Below, piece after piece: positions 50,338 through 61,230 of a DNA stretch of 64,000 bases; the first letter of the stretch is position 1; the number at the start of each line of letters is the position of its first letter. Location of the stretch: positions 320,001 to 384,000 of the forward strand of contig CAVSTP010000002.1 in assembly GCA_963730935.1 (NCBI GenBank), given 5' to 3'. The DNA comes from an uncultured Nitrospiraceae bacterium (GTDB taxonomy: Bacteria; Nitrospirota; Nitrospiria; Nitrospirales; Nitrospiraceae). The position numbers and the translations under genes were made by a program. The notes under the pieces were generated by a model. It had not been told where the DNA came from, ran no database searches, and was given only the letters and a program-made list of their open reading frames with translations.

Positions 50338-52053
50338 CTACTTCTCGTCGTCATCGGAACCACGCTTCCGACTTTGCTTCGCGGCTCGGCCAAGACTCTG
50401 ATCCGGCGCCCCCTGCGCAGCATGGTACTCGTCCACATGCCGCCGCTCGGAGTCCAATTGGTGGTCCCGAAGGCTCAGTGCAATCTTGCGCTCCTCTCGA
50501 TCCACCTTGATGATCTTCGCGGCGACCTCATCCTGCAATTTGAACTTCTCTTCCAGCTTGGCGTTCTGATCCAACCCGGCCTCGCTGATATGGATCAGTC
50601 CTTCGATGCCACCTTCAAGCTCCACGAAAATGCCGAAATCCGCCACCTTACTGACCTTCCCGCTGGCCGGATCCCCCACGCGGTACCGCGCAGGAATTTC
50701 GTCATCCCATGGATCACGGGTCAACTGCTTATAGCCCAGAGACAGCCGCTCTTTTTCCTTGTCGATGCGAAGCACCACGGCCTCGACCTTCTGAGCTTTC
50801 TTGAAGATTTCCGATGGATGCTTGATGTGCTTCGTCCAAGACATATCGGAGATATGGATCAAGCCGTCGATGCCTTCGTCCAAGCCGATGAAGGCGCCGA
50901 AATCCGTCAGGCTCTTCACCTTCCCCTCAATGCGGGTTCCGATCGGATACTTGCCTTCCACCATGTCCCAGGGATTGGGCGCCGTCTGCTTCATGCCCAG
51001 CGAAATCTTCCGGCTGGCCGGATCGACATTCAGCACGGCGGCTTCGACTTGATCACCGATCGCCACGACGCGGGACGGATGGCGGACTTCGTGCGTCCAG
51101 GACATCTCGGAAACGTGGACCAGGCCTTCGACGCCAGGCTCCAGCTCCACAAATGCGCCATAATCGGTCAGGCTCACGACCCGGCCCTTCACGCGTGTAC
51201 CGATCGGATATTTGCCGGCCACGTTAGTCCAGGGATCGGCCGACTTTTGCTTCAGACCCAACGAAATCCTGCCGGTTTCACGGTCGTACTTGAGCACGCT
51301 CACTTCGACACGGTCGCCGACATTGAACATTTCCGACGGATGCCCTACACGGCCCCAGGACATATCCGTGATGTGGAGCAGGCCATCGATGCCGCCGAGG
51401 TCGATGAAGGCTCCGTAGTCGGTGATGTTCTTGACCATCCCCTGAATCAACTGCCCTTCCTTCAACGTGGCCAAGGTGGTCTGGCGCTTCTTGTCCCTCG
51501 TTTCCTCGAGCAGAACGCGGCGGGAAACGACCACGTTGCCGCGGCGGTGGTTGATCTTGATGATTTTCATCGGAAACGTGCGTCCGACCAATCCGTCGAG
51601 ATCGCGCACGGGATGCAGGTCAATTTGCGATCCGGGCAGGAACGCCTTGACGCCGATGTCCACCATCATGCCGCCCTTGATCCGGGAGACGACCTTGCCG
51701 TCGATGCTCTTCTCTTCCTTGTACAGCTTTTCCAATTCTTCCCAAATTTTCATCTTGTCGGCTTTTTCTTTGGAAAGAATCAGATTGCCGTCGGCGTCCT
51801 CGCATTCTTCGATATAGACCTGAATGCGGTCGCCGATCTTCAACTGCTGCAGATCGTCATGGGAAAACTGATCGCTCGGGATCATCCCTTCGGACTTGTA
51901 GCCGATGTCGACGACGACTTTATCTTTGGTTAATGCGACGACCCGGCCTTCTGTGATGGTACCCTCTTCGAGGTTTTTGAAAGTTTCCTCGTACAGGGCG
52001 GCCAAGGCCTCGCGATCCAACTGCGGCTCACTCGATTTCGAAACCATACTCAT
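50338..52053 (-). CDS. rpsA: 30S ribosomal protein S1
   Basis: six S1 repeats (YGAFIDLGGIDGLLHITDMSW etc.). Confidence 0.97.
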   Translation of the reverse strand: MSMVSKSSEPQLDREALAALYEETFKNLEEGTITEGRVVALTKDKVVVDIGYKSEGMIPSDQFSHDDLQQLKIGDRIQVYIEECEDADGNLILSKEKADKMKIWEELEKLYKEEKSIDGKVVSRIKGGMMVDIGVKAFLPGSQIDLHPVRDLDGLVGRTFPMKIIKINHRRGNVVVSRRVLLEETRDKKRQTTLATLKEGQLIQGMVKNITDYGAFIDLGGIDGLLHITDMSWGRVGHPSEMFNVGDRVEVSVLKYDRETGRISLGLKQKSADPWTNVAGKYPIGTRVKGRVVSLTDYGAFVELEPGVEGLVHVSEMSWTHEVRHPSRVVAIGDQVEAAVLNVDPASRKISLGMKQTAPNPWDMVEGKYPIGTRIEGKVKSLTDFGAFIGLDEGIDGLIHISDMSWTKHIKHPSEIFKKAQKVEAVVLRIDKEKERLSLGYKQLTRDPWDDEIPARYRVGDPASGKVSKVADFGIFVELEGGIEGLIHISEAGLDQNAKLEEKFKLQDEVAAKIIKVDREERKIALSLRDHQLDSERRHVDEYHAAQGAPDQSLGRAAKQSRKRGSDDDEK

Positions 52054-52112
52054 GGGGACAGTCCTACTCTTCCGACGTCCGTCGGGTGCTGATGATGAAC
52101 GACCACCGGGGC

Positions 52113-52760
52113 TCACTCAGCGTTGCGAGCACCGGCACTAGCGTGATGCGGCGGCGGGGCGACGCCGCCCAATGCGGCAATCCGCTCCATCACGATTCGA
52201 CTCACTTCCTGATAAAACGCTTTCGTCTGGGTATTCTCCCCGGGAAAAGACAGCGCTGGTCCGAACGACACGGACACGGGATAAAACCGCGGCCGCTTGG
52301 CACCCGCCGGCAAGACGTCAAACGTGCCTTTGAGATAGGCCGGCACCACAGGACAACCCGTCTGCGCCACTATCATGCCAAGACCCGCCTTGGCGTTCCG
52401 CAACCGCCCGTCCAGGCTGCGGCCTCCCTCAGGGAAAATCACCACGACCTTTCCGGCCTTGATCAATGCAATCGCCCGATCGAAGGCCTTGCGATCCAGC
52501 CGGCCGAGCTTGAGCGGGATCCACCCCAGCCACTGCAGCATTCCTTTCACACCAGGGATAAACAAGTCACTGCGGCCCAGGTACCATGCCCGCCTGAACA
52601 TTCCGCATCCCAGCAGCGGAATGTCGAAGTAACTCGCATGGTTGGCCGCCACCAGCAAGCCGCCCTGCTTCGGCACGGAACCAACGACGCGAAACCCAAA
52701 GAATAGTCGCGCCACCGTGCGTGCGAGCACCCAGAGAATCGCGTACAAGACCGAACTCAC
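52113..52760 (-). CDS. plsC: 1-acyl-sn-glycerol-3-phosphate acyltransferase
   Basis: NHASYFD, FPEGGRS. Confidence 0.88.
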   Translation of the reverse strand: MSSVLYAILWVLARTVARLFFGFRVVGSVPKQGGLLVAANHASYFDIPLLGCGMFRRAWYLGRSDLFIPGVKGMLQWLGWIPLKLGRLDRKAFDRAIALIKAGKVVVIFPEGGRSLDGRLRNAKAGLGMIVAQTGCPVVPAYLKGTFDVLPAGAKRPRFYPVSVSFGPALSFPGENTQTKAFYQEVSRIVMERIAALGGVAPPPHHASAGARNAE

Positions 52761-53416
52761 AACTTGGCCGTCACCACAGCCCACATCCTGTTGACGACCT
52801 CATCGGCCGACAAAGTCGACGTATCGATATGGTGTGCGTCCTCGGCCGGGATCAGCGGCGCCATGGCTCGGGAGCGGTCGCGATCATCCCGTCCCGCCAG
52901 TTCCGCGCTCGTCTGCTCGATGGCGCCCCGATGACCGGCCGCCACGAGTTCATGATGTCGACGTTGTGCCCGGATCGTCGGATCGGCCTCGAGAAAGAAT
53001 TTGACCGGTGCCGACGGAAAAACCTTCGTGCCGACATCACGACCCTCTGCCACTACGGAACCCCTCTTGCCGATCTGTCGCTGGACCGGCAGAAGCCAGG
53101 CTCTGACGGCCGGAATTGCCGAGACCACGGATGCCGCTGCTGACACCGCCGGCGTCCGAAGTTCTTTGGTCACGTCCTCTCCATTCATGGAAACCGTCAC
53201 CTCGTTGTTCGTCATTTCCATCTGAAGCGACAGCTTCGGTAGTAGCCCCGCCACCGCCTCGGCATCCGCCGGCTCAATCCCGTGCCTCAGGACCCCCCAA
53301 GCCACCGCCCGGTACAGCGCCCCTGTGTCGAGATAGAAGAAGCCCAGCCGAGAAGCCAAGAGCTTCGCCACTGTGCTTTTCCCCACACCGGCCGGGCCGT
53401 CAATCGCCACAATCAT
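52757..53416 (-). CDS. cmk: cytidylate kinase
   Basis: AIDGPAGVGKST, DTGALYR, EGRDVGT. Confidence 0.95.
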   Translation of the reverse strand: MIVAIDGPAGVGKSTVAKLLASRLGFFYLDTGALYRAVAWGVLRHGIEPADAEAVAGLLPKLSLQMEMTNNEVTVSMNGEDVTKELRTPAVSAAASVVSAIPAVRAWLLPVQRQIGKRGSVVAEGRDVGTKVFPSAPVKFFLEADPTIRAQRRHHELVAAGHRGAIEQTSAELAGRDDRDRSRAMAPLIPAEDAHHIDTSTLSADEVVNRMWAVVTAKL

Positions 53417-54750
53417 AGCTTCGCATTCCCTTCTGCAGCTCCCGTTATTCGCAACAAGGAAGCGCGAAAATCCGGGAACGATGTCTCGATGCAATCCGTG
53501 TCCTGCACAACCGATTCCCCGGGAGCCGTCAAAGCCGCAATGGCGAGAGACATCGCCACACGATGATCACCATGACTGCGCCCGCTTGCTGATTGCAGTC
53601 GCCCGTTTTCGCGAGAATGCCCGAGGCCTTGAATGACCATGCCATCCGGTCTCTCGCTGATCCGTGCTCCCATAGCTCGCAGTTCGGCGGCCATCGTCGC
53701 AATCCGGTCACTTTCCTTCACGCGCAACTCGTCTGCTCCTGTGATCACGGTCTGCCCCTCGGCCACTGCAGCGGCCACGCAGAGGATGGGAAACTCATCG
53801 ATGGTCTGAGGAATCAGATCCGCCCCGATTGTGACTCCGTGGAGCGGAGCGCATTTCACACGAATGTCCGCCACCGGCTCGCCAGCTTCCTCTCGCCGGT
53901 TGAGCAACTCAATATCACCGCCCATGCGATCCAGGACGTCGAGCAGACCTGTTCTCGTCGGGTTCACGCCGACGCCCGTAATCGTGATGTCAGAACCCGG
54001 AATGATGGTCGCTCCGACAATGAAAAAGGCGGCGGCGGAGAGGTCGCCCGGCACGGTCAGTTGAGGTGCAGCGGCCCATCCCACGGACGGTCGACCTTCG
54101 ATGGTGACCGTGAGTTCGTCGCGCATCAGCGGCAATCCGAAAAACTCGAACAATCGCTCGGTATGATCCCGTGATCGCCGGGGCTCCGAGAGACGGGTCG
54201 TGCCTTCGGCAAACAGCGCCGCGAGCAGAAGCGAAGATTTCACCTGGGCGCTTGCAACGGGCGAGGCATAGGCGATGGCACGAAGCGTTGTCCCGGTAAC
54301 CGCCAATGGAGCAAGCTCACCGCCCTTTCGTCCAGCGATGGTCGCCCCCATCTCGCGGAGCGGTTTGACGATCCGTCCCATCGGACGACGCCGGATCGAT
54401 GCGTCACCGGTGAGGACGGTGAAAAAATCCTGTCCGGCCAGCAGGCCGGTCAACAGACGGATGCCCGTGCCCGAGTTGCCGCAATCAATGATGCCTCCGG
54501 GCTCCGTGAGTCCCCACAACCCTTTCCCATGGACGTGTAGCTCATCGTGTGTTTCGTCGATTCTCACTCCGAGGGCCTGCAACGCGCGCATGGTATTGAG
54601 ACAGTCTTCTCCACGGCAATAGTGTTTGAGCGCGCCCTCGCCTTCGGCCAGTGCCGTGAGAATCAGCGCACGGTGGGTGATGGATTTGTCGCCGGGAACG
54701 GCAATTGTCCCACTGAGAGACTGCCCTGGTGTGATCGTTAACGTCGCCAA
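53413..54750 (-). CDS. aroA: EPSP synthase
   Basis: PGDKSITHR, CGNSGT, ASAQVKS, RVKESDR, DHRVAM. Confidence 0.97.
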   Translation of the reverse strand: MATLTITPGQSLSGTIAVPGDKSITHRALILTALAEGEGALKHYCRGEDCLNTMRALQALGVRIDETHDELHVHGKGLWGLTEPGGIIDCGNSGTGIRLLTGLLAGQDFFTVLTGDASIRRRPMGRIVKPLREMGATIAGRKGGELAPLAVTGTTLRAIAYASPVASAQVKSSLLLAALFAEGTTRLSEPRRSRDHTERLFEFFGLPLMRDELTVTIEGRPSVGWAAAPQLTVPGDLSAAAFFIVGATIIPGSDITITGVGVNPTRTGLLDVLDRMGGDIELLNRREEAGEPVADIRVKCAPLHGVTIGADLIPQTIDEFPILCVAAAVAEGQTVITGADELRVKESDRIATMAAELRAMGARISERPDGMVIQGLGHSRENGRLQSASGRSHGDHRVAMSLAIAALTAPGESVVQDTDCIETSFPDFRASLLRITGAAEGNAKL

Positions 54751-54803
54751 CTGCCCCTCATCCTCTTTCCATCGTGTTCACTGAGCTGTACCCTCGCTGC
54801 ATA

Positions 54804-55682
54804 TCACGTCCGGATAGGGAATTTCTCCCGTTCTTCCTTCGCCCGCTCCAGCATCTTCTCGATACCGGCGGCATCCCCGGTCTCAATCAACTGTCTCAAT
54901 TCACCTAGTGATCGTTCATACGCGCGCATCCAGGCAACGACATGCTCCCGATTCCAGAGGAAAATATCGCGCCACATTTCCGGCGAGCTCGCAGCGATCC
55001 GCGTCGTGTCACGCAATCCCCCTCCCGAGTGGCCGGCCAGGTCCAGTCCAGGCACTTCCATCCTGATCTCGATGAGCGCGATCATCAGGGCGAATGCCGC
55101 CGCGTGGGGCAAGTGACTGACGGCTCCCAAAATCTTGTCGTGGAGCTGGGGATCCATCGTGAGCACGACCGCCCCCGCCTCCTGCCAGAGGGCCCGGACC
55201 TGTTCGAGCGCCTGAGGGTTCGTCTGATGAGTCGGCGTCAAAATGCAGCGTCTCCCGCTGAAGAGGTCTTCGGAGCCCGCCGCCGCACCCGTCTTTTCCT
55301 TTCCGGCGATCGGATGCCCACCGACGAAATGCACGCCGGCCGGCATCTGGCGTTCCGACCGTACAACCAACTCCCCTTTGACGCTGCCGACGTCGGTGAC
55401 GATGGCGCCGGGGCGCAAACAGGAGGCCCACTCCTTCAGATGGCGTTCATACGTATCGACCGGCGTCGCGAGAATGACGAGGTCCGCCTCTTTCACCGCC
55501 TCTTTCGAATCCACGACGTACCGATCGATCGCTCCGACGGTAACCGCTGTCCTCAGATTTTCAATGCGCCGCCCCACTCCCACGACGCTGGAGGCCAATT
55601 GTTTACGGCGCAGAATCATGCCCAGGGAACTACCGATCAACCCGACCCCGATAATGACCGCCTGGTTGAAATGCAATTTCAT
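54804..55682 (-). CDS. tyrA: prephenate dehydrogenase
   Basis: [31 protein letters not shown]. Confidence 0.93.
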   Translation of the reverse strand: MKLHFNQAVIIGVGLIGSSLGMILRRKQLASSVVGVGRRIENLRTAVTVGAIDRYVVDSKEAVKEADLVILATPVDTYERHLKEWASCLRPGAIVTDVGSVKGELVVRSERQMPAGVHFVGGHPIAGKEKTGAAAGSEDLFSGRRCILTPTHQTNPQALEQVRALWQEAGAVVLTMDPQLHDKILGAVSHLPHAAAFALMIALIEIRMEVPGLDLAGHSGGGLRDTTRIAASSPEMWRDIFLWNREHVVAWMRAYERSLGELRQLIETGDAAGIEKMLERAKEEREKFPIRT

Positions 55683-56695
55683 TACACTTCTCTTCCGACC
55701 GCGTGGGCAATCTTGCGCATATCGTGCATCAGTTCTTTGAACTTGGTCGGCTTGATCGACTCCTCCCCGTCGCACAGCGCGCACTCGGGATTCGAATGGA
55801 CTTCAATGAGGATCCCATCGGCGCCCGCCGCCACTGCCGCCTTGGACATCGGCGCGACCAGATTCCACTTTCCGGTGGCATGGCTGGGATCCACGATCAC
55901 GGGCAGATGTGACAACTCCTTCAACGTCGGGATTGCGGCAAGATCCAGGGTGTTACGGTATTGCGTTTCAAAGGTCCGGATACCGCGTTCACAGAGCATG
56001 ACGTTGCGGTTTCCACGGGACATGATGTATTCGGCGGACAAGAGAAATTCCTTAATCGTGGCTGAAAGCCCCCGCTTCAACAGCACCGGCTTGTCGTAGG
56101 CACCGACCTCCTTCAACAGTTCAAAATTCTGCATGTTGCGGGCACCGATTTGGATGATGTCGGCCTTCTCGAGAAAGAGCTCGATATCGCGAGTGTCGAG
56201 GATTTCGCTGACGACTGGCAGGCCCGTCTGTTTCCTGGCCTCGGCCAGATAATCCAAACCCTCGCGGCCCAACCCTTGGAACGAATATGGCGACGTGCGC
56301 GGCTTATAGGCGCCACCGCGCAGGATACTGGCTCCGGCGGCCTTCACCTCATGCGCAATGCCGACGGTCAGCTCCAACCGTTCCACGGCGCAGGGGCCGG
56401 CCATGATCGCCAGTCGGTTGGCGCCGATCTTCACCCCCCCCACGTCGATGATGGTCCCTTCCTTCTTGAATTCCCGGCTGACCAACTTCCAGGGAGCCAA
56501 AATGGGCAGGACGCTCTCCACTCCAGGCAACGCCGTGAGCGGCTGGTTTTGAAGGATGCGGTCGTCTCCGATGACGCCGATGATCGTCCGTTCCTGTCCT
56601 GTCGAGAGCTGCGATTTCAATCCCAGTTCCCGAAGCCGATCCACGATGTGATCGACTTCCCGCTCGGATGCATCCGGCCTCAACACGATGATCAT
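55682..56695 (-). CDS. aroF: DAHP synthase (class I-beta)
   Basis: [30 protein letters not shown]. Confidence 0.93.
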   Translation of the reverse strand: MIIVLRPDASEREVDHIVDRLRELGLKSQLSTGQERTIIGVIGDDRILQNQPLTALPGVESVLPILAPWKLVSREFKKEGTIIDVGGVKIGANRLAIMAGPCAVERLELTVGIAHEVKAAGASILRGGAYKPRTSPYSFQGLGREGLDYLAEARKQTGLPVVSEILDTRDIELFLEKADIIQIGARNMQNFELLKEVGAYDKPVLLKRGLSATIKEFLLSAEYIMSRGNRNVMLCERGIRTFETQYRNTLDLAAIPTLKELSHLPVIVDPSHATGKWNLVAPMSKAAVAAGADGILIEVHSNPECALCDGEESIKPTKFKELMHDMRKIAHAVGREV

Positions 56696-56711
56696 GATGT
56701 CCTCGTTTTGG

Positions 56712-57794
56712 TCAGCCCGCCTGTAACACCTGCCCGAGTGCCGCAAGGAACGTCGTATTTTCTTCTGCCTGTCCGATCGTCACGCGGATCATGCGCCCTT
56801 CGATATGACGAACGATGACGCCCAGCCGCAAGAGCGCGTCAAAGACGCGACGGCCATCGCGCCCCACGTCAAAATACACAAAATTGGTTTCGCTTGCGAT
56901 CGGCGCCAACCCAAGCGTCCGTAATCCGTTGACGACCTGGTCCATCCCCGTCTGATTCACTGCACGGCTGTTCGCCACGTGCTCATCGTCGTCCAACGCC
57001 GCCAATGCTGCGCGCTGGGCCAAGCTGTTGGCGTTGAATGGCGGCCTGACGCGGTTCAAGAAGTTCGCGATTTCAGGAGTGGTCACCCCATAACCGATGC
57101 GCAAACCGGCCAACCCATAAATTTTTGAAAACGTTCTCAAGACAATGGCATTTCGTCCTCGTTTCACATAGGCCATGGAATCCGGGAATTCCGAACTGCG
57201 CACATATTCGAAGTAGGCCTCGTCGAAGACGATCACGACATGCTCCGGAACCCTCGCGAGCAGCCTGGTCACCTCATCGGCCGACACCATGGTGCCCGTC
57301 GGGTTGTTGGGATTACAGAGAAACAGGAGCCGCGTCCGCTCCGTAATGGCAGCGGCCATCGCCATGACATCATGGCGCCACTGTACCAGAGGGACGAGCA
57401 CGGCCTTCCCATGCGCGGCCATGACTTCCATCTTGTAAATGACGAACGTCTGATCGGCCATGACCGCTTCGTCCCCAGGCGACAGAAATGTGCGGGCCAG
57501 GAGGCCGAGGATTTCGTCGGAGCCATTGCCAAGAATGACCTGCTCCGCAGACACCTTCCAACGGTCGGCAATTGCCTGCCGCAGCCGGAAGGCTCCGCCG
57601 TCCGGGTACCGATGCAGTGTCCCGACCCCTTCATTGATCACGGCCATGGCTTTCGGCGACGGGCCCAATGGGTTTTCATTCGACGCCAGCTTGATTACGC
57701 GTGTGAGGCCCAACTCACGCTGCAGCTCCTCCACCGGTTTCCCCGGCACATAAGGGCTCAAGGCGGCAATATCGGGATGAACGTGAAGCGTCAT
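56712..57794 (-). CDS. hisC: histidinol-phosphate aminotransferase
   Basis: KLASNENP, NPNNPTG, DEAY, RTFSKIYGLAGLRIG. Confidence 0.95.
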   Translation of the reverse strand: MTLHVHPDIAALSPYVPGKPVEELQRELGLTRVIKLASNENPLGPSPKAMAVINEGVGTLHRYPDGGAFRLRQAIADRWKVSAEQVILGNGSDEILGLLARTFLSPGDEAVMADQTFVIYKMEVMAAHGKAVLVPLVQWRHDVMAMAAAITERTRLLFLCNPNNPTGTMVSADEVTRLLARVPEHVVIVFDEAYFEYVRSSEFPDSMAYVKRGRNAIVLRTFSKIYGLAGLRIGYGVTTPEIANFLNRVRPPFNANSLAQRAALAALDDDEHVANSRAVNQTGMDQVVNGLRTLGLAPIASETNFVYFDVGRDGRRVFDALLRLGVIVRHIEGRMIRVTIGQAEENTTFLAALGQVLQAG

Positions 57795-57798
57795 GGGA

Positions 57799-58875
57799 TT
57801 AATTGTGGGCCGGATAGGAGCCGAGCACTTTCATGAAGAGACAGCGCCCGGTGATTTCCTCGACGGCCTTTTTGACTCGTTCCTCTTCAATATGGCCTTC
57901 GACGTCCACAAAAAAGATGTACTCCCACGCCTTGCGTCTGGAGGGGCGCGACTCGATCTTGGTCATGCTCAACCCGTGGGAGGCGAAGGGGCGCAACAAA
58001 TCGTATAGCGCACCGACCTTGTCCTTAATCGATAACATGAGTGACGTCTTGTCTTTGCCGGTGCGTTGCGGAGGCTTCTGCGACAAGACGAGGAACCGCG
58101 TGAAGTTGTTGAGATTGTCCTCGATCCGTGACTTGACGACCTTCAAGCCGTATAACTGCGCGGCCAACTCAGAGGCGATCGCGGCGATGGACGGGTCGTC
58201 GAGGCACATCTCGGCTGCACGGGCCGTGCTGGCGACTTCAGAGACCGGGAGGTGAGGCATGTTGGTCTCCAACCAATTGCGGCACTGGGCGATCGCGTGG
58301 GGATGAGAGCAAATCTTTTTGATCTCTTCTGCGGCACCGGACTTCGACATCAAATGGTGCGACACTTCCTGAAGCACTTCTCCGTAAATCAAGAGGTTCG
58401 AGTCGATGAACATGTCGAGGGTGTGGTTGACGACGCCTTCGGTCGTGTTTTCGATGGGGACGACTCCGAAGTTCGCCCTTCCCCGCTCCACCTCGCTGAA
58501 GACATCCTTAATGCTGTTGACCGGGACATACTGGGCCGATGCCCCGAACTTCTGGGTACAGGCCATGTGCGTGAAGGTCGCCCGAGGCCCGAGGTAGGCC
58601 ACCTTCTGTGGACCCTCCAAGGAGAGAGATGCAGACATGATCTCCCGGTATACGGGCCGGATGGCGTCGGAAGGAAATGGACCGGTGTTTTCCGCAATGA
58701 GGCGCTCGATGATGGCCGCTTCCCTGGCAGGGGTATGGAGATTCGCACCGGCATCCTGCTGTTTTTTCAGCTTGCCGATCTCGACGACACTTTTTGAGCG
58801 CTCGTTGAGGAGACGCAAAATCTCGTCATCGATGCGGTCGATTTCTTTCCGGTAATCGGAAAGGTCACCGGGCAT
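57799..58875 (-). CDS. pheA: chorismate mutase / prephenate dehydratase
   Basis: RKEIDRID, PIENTTEG, NFTRF, KIESRP. Confidence 0.95.
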   Translation of the reverse strand: MPGDLSDYRKEIDRIDDEILRLLNERSKSVVEIGKLKKQQDAGANLHTPAREAAIIERLIAENTGPFPSDAIRPVYREIMSASLSLEGPQKVAYLGPRATFTHMACTQKFGASAQYVPVNSIKDVFSEVERGRANFGVVPIENTTEGVVNHTLDMFIDSNLLIYGEVLQEVSHHLMSKSGAAEEIKKICSHPHAIAQCRNWLETNMPHLPVSEVASTARAAEMCLDDPSIAAIASELAAQLYGLKVVKSRIEDNLNNFTRFLVLSQKPPQRTGKDKTSLMLSIKDKVGALYDLLRPFASHGLSMTKIESRPSRRKAWEYIFFVDVEGHIEEERVKKAVEEITGRCLFMKVLGSYPAHN

Positions 58876-59074
58876 GAATGGGACCCCCTCCACCCCTGCC
58901 CCATGAGTTGGACGAGCGTCCAGAAGCAGGACGGGTGCGAGTAAGCAACGAATGATACAGGAACCGCTTTACGGAATGCAAGGAGAGCCCAAGACTTTCA
59001 GGAACTTGCGTGCACTTTGCGGGTAGAAAATGGACCGCAGCCTTGTACTGGTCGGCCGGGCGCGGCAGGTGGGG

Positions 59075-60079
59075 TTAATACAGGAGATTGGACGGCCGCC
59101 TGAAATGGTCCAAGGCAGCCTTTGTGACCTGGCGGCCGCGACCCGTCCGGTCGAGGAAGCCCGCCTGTATCAGATACGGCTCGTACACGTCCTCGAGCGT
59201 GCTTCGATCCTCTTGAACCGCGGCGGCCAACGACTCGACGCCCACTGGACCACCGCCAAACTTATCGATGATCGTTAAGAGGATGTTCCGGTCCATCTCG
59301 TCAAAGCCAGCGGCATCCACGCCCAGCCACGTCAGGGCCTCTTGGGCTACAACTCGGGTGATCCGACCTTCTGCCTTTACTTGCGCATAGTCACGAACCC
59401 GCTTGATGAGCCGGTTGACGATCCGAGGCGTCCCTCGGGCACGACGTGCGATCTCCTCAGCTCCGGGCCGATCGATGGCAATCCCCAGTAACCCGGCTGA
59501 GCGCACCACGATAATTTCCAGTTCTGCCGGAGAATAGAATTCCAGCCGATGCACGAGGCCGAATCGGTCCCGCAGCGGCGAGGTCAAGGCTCCGGCTTTC
59601 GTTGTGGCGCCCACCAGCGTGAAACGGGGCAGGTCAAGCTTGACCGTCCGCGCCGCGGGTCCTTGGCCGACAACCAGATCCAGCTGGAAGTCTTCCATTG
59701 CCGGATACAACGCTTCCTCTACCGAAGCAGGCAATCGGTGAATTTCATCGATGAAGAGGACGTCATGCTCTTGGAGATTCGTCAGGATCGCCGCAAGATC
59801 GCCCGCGTGCGCGAGGACCAGCCCGGAAGTCGAGCACAACGTCCCCCCCATTTCACGCGCAATGATATGGGCAATGGTCGTCTTCCCGAGCCCTGGCGGA
59901 CCATAGAAAATCGCATGGTCGAGCGGCTCTCGCCGCTGTTTCGCCGCTTCGATGCAGATCCGCAGGGAATCCTTCATGCGCGCTTGCCCGATGTACTCGT
60001 CGAGGGTCTGCGGGCGGAGCGTCTGCTCCATGCTGCGTTCATCGTCCGTCAACTGCGCATTAACGACTCGTTGGGACAT
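59075..60079 (-). CDS. ruvB: Holliday junction helicase RuvB
   Basis: [32 protein letters not shown]. Confidence 0.97.
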   Translation of the reverse strand: MSQRVVNAQLTDDERSMEQTLRPQTLDEYIGQARMKDSLRICIEAAKQRREPLDHAIFYGPPGLGKTTIAHIIAREMGGTLCSTSGLVLAHAGDLAAILTNLQEHDVLFIDEIHRLPASVEEALYPAMEDFQLDLVVGQGPAARTVKLDLPRFTLVGATTKAGALTSPLRDRFGLVHRLEFYSPAELEIIVVRSAGLLGIAIDRPGAEEIARRARGTPRIVNRLIKRVRDYAQVKAEGRITRVVAQEALTWLGVDAAGFDEMDRNILLTIIDKFGGGPVGVESLAAAVQEDRSTLEDVYEPYLIQAGFLDRTGRGRQVTKAALDHFRRPSNLLY

Positions 60080-60107
60080 GACGGTTCAGGTCTCCTGGCG
60101 CATTTCG

Positions 60108-60608
60108 TCACGGTTTCGCCGGCGGTGGAACGTGTTTCGGCGGCGGCGGCAAGGCGCCTTGGCCCGGAGCCGGCATACCGCCGCAATCCGGCGGACAGAC
60201 TTTTCCACCTTGAGTCGGATCGGGAAGATTGAGCTCCATCCGCTCCAATTGACACTGCGATAGCCGTCCTCCATCTTGGCTTCCGCAACGAGCTGGCACG
60301 GACGAGCTTCCGATCTCGCGGTATCCCTCGGGGCAGGACCCGCAGACCGCCAGCATGTTCGCCCCGAGCGGGACACACTGGACGAGCGTCGCGTCGCCTT
60401 CTTTGCAATTCTCAGGCGATTGCGTCATGCCGGTTGTGGCATAGCCATCGGGACATTTCCCACAGGTCTTGCGGATGCTCTTCGGCTCTACGGGCGCCTC
60501 ATCGGCCGACGAGACAACCGCAGGAGACCCACAAAGAACGCCGACCAAAGCGAATCCGAGACAGGACCTCTTCCATAGGACGGTTCGTCTGTTCGCGTGC
60601 ATGGTCAA
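60108..60608 (-). CDS. secreted Cys-rich hypothetical protein
   Basis: signal peptide; two CGxCPxGY repeats. Confidence 0.7.
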   Translation of the reverse strand: MTMHANRRTVLWKRSCLGFALVGVLCGSPAVVSSADEAPVEPKSIRKTCGKCPDGYATTGMTQSPENCKEGDATLVQCVPLGANMLAVCGSCPEGYREIGSSSVPARCGSQDGGRLSQCQLERMELNLPDPTQGGKVCPPDCGGMPAPGQGALPPPPKHVPPPAKP

Positions 60609-61213
60609 CCCCTTGCCAGTTTTTTTAAGCTTTCACGAATGAGTTCCTGGAGCGTCAAGGGTCCGGACCGCGACTGTTGAGCGGCCTTTAAGGCCTCTTT
60701 GGCATCGGATGCACGGTAGCCCAAGTTCGTCAGGGCAGAAAGCGCGTCGTCGAACGGTTCGTCCCGGCCTCTGAGCAGCTGAGCGTCGGGAGGCATGAGC
60801 CCCGGATGCAGCTTCGTCAATTTATCTTTGAGTTCAAGGACAAGGCGGCCCGCCGATTTTTTGCCTATTCCTGGGACCGTCTCCAGTTTTTCGACATCCC
60901 CTGATTGGATGGCCGAAACGAGATCGGAAACAGGGAGCGCGGACAAAATTCCCAGCGCCGACTTGGGTCCGATGCCGGAGACGCTCAGTAACAGAACAAA
61001 CGCATCCTTTTCTTGCGGTGTGCTGAAACCGAACAATTGGATGGCGTCTTCACGAACATGGGTATGGATGCTCAACGACAGGCTGTCCTGGACGTTCGGG
61101 AGGTTGTAGTAGGTGCTGAGGGGAATAAAAACTTCGTATCCGACCCCTTGAACATCAAGAGCCAGATGCGTCGGCGCCTTGAAGGCCAATCGGCCTGTCA
61201 GGAGGGCGATCAT
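60605..61213 (-). CDS. ruvA: Holliday junction DNA-binding protein RuvA
   Basis: GVGYEV, VREDA..LFGF, VSGIGPK, VPGIGKK. Confidence 0.97.
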   Translation of the reverse strand: MIALLTGRLAFKAPTHLALDVQGVGYEVFIPLSTYYNLPNVQDSLSLSIHTHVREDAIQLFGFSTPQEKDAFVLLLSVSGIGPKSALGILSALPVSDLVSAIQSGDVEKLETVPGIGKKSAGRLVLELKDKLTKLHPGLMPPDAQLLRGRDEPFDDALSALTNLGYRASDAKEALKAAQQSRSGPLTLQELIRESLKKLARG

Positions 61214-61230
61214 GCGTCGATGGTGGAAGC

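Noticed and set aside
50374..51933. Long plus-strand ORFs antisense to core genes (e.g. 519 aa opposite rpsA, 385 aa at 54942-56099)
   Set aside because: Shadow ORFs caused by GC-rich codon bias; no motifs
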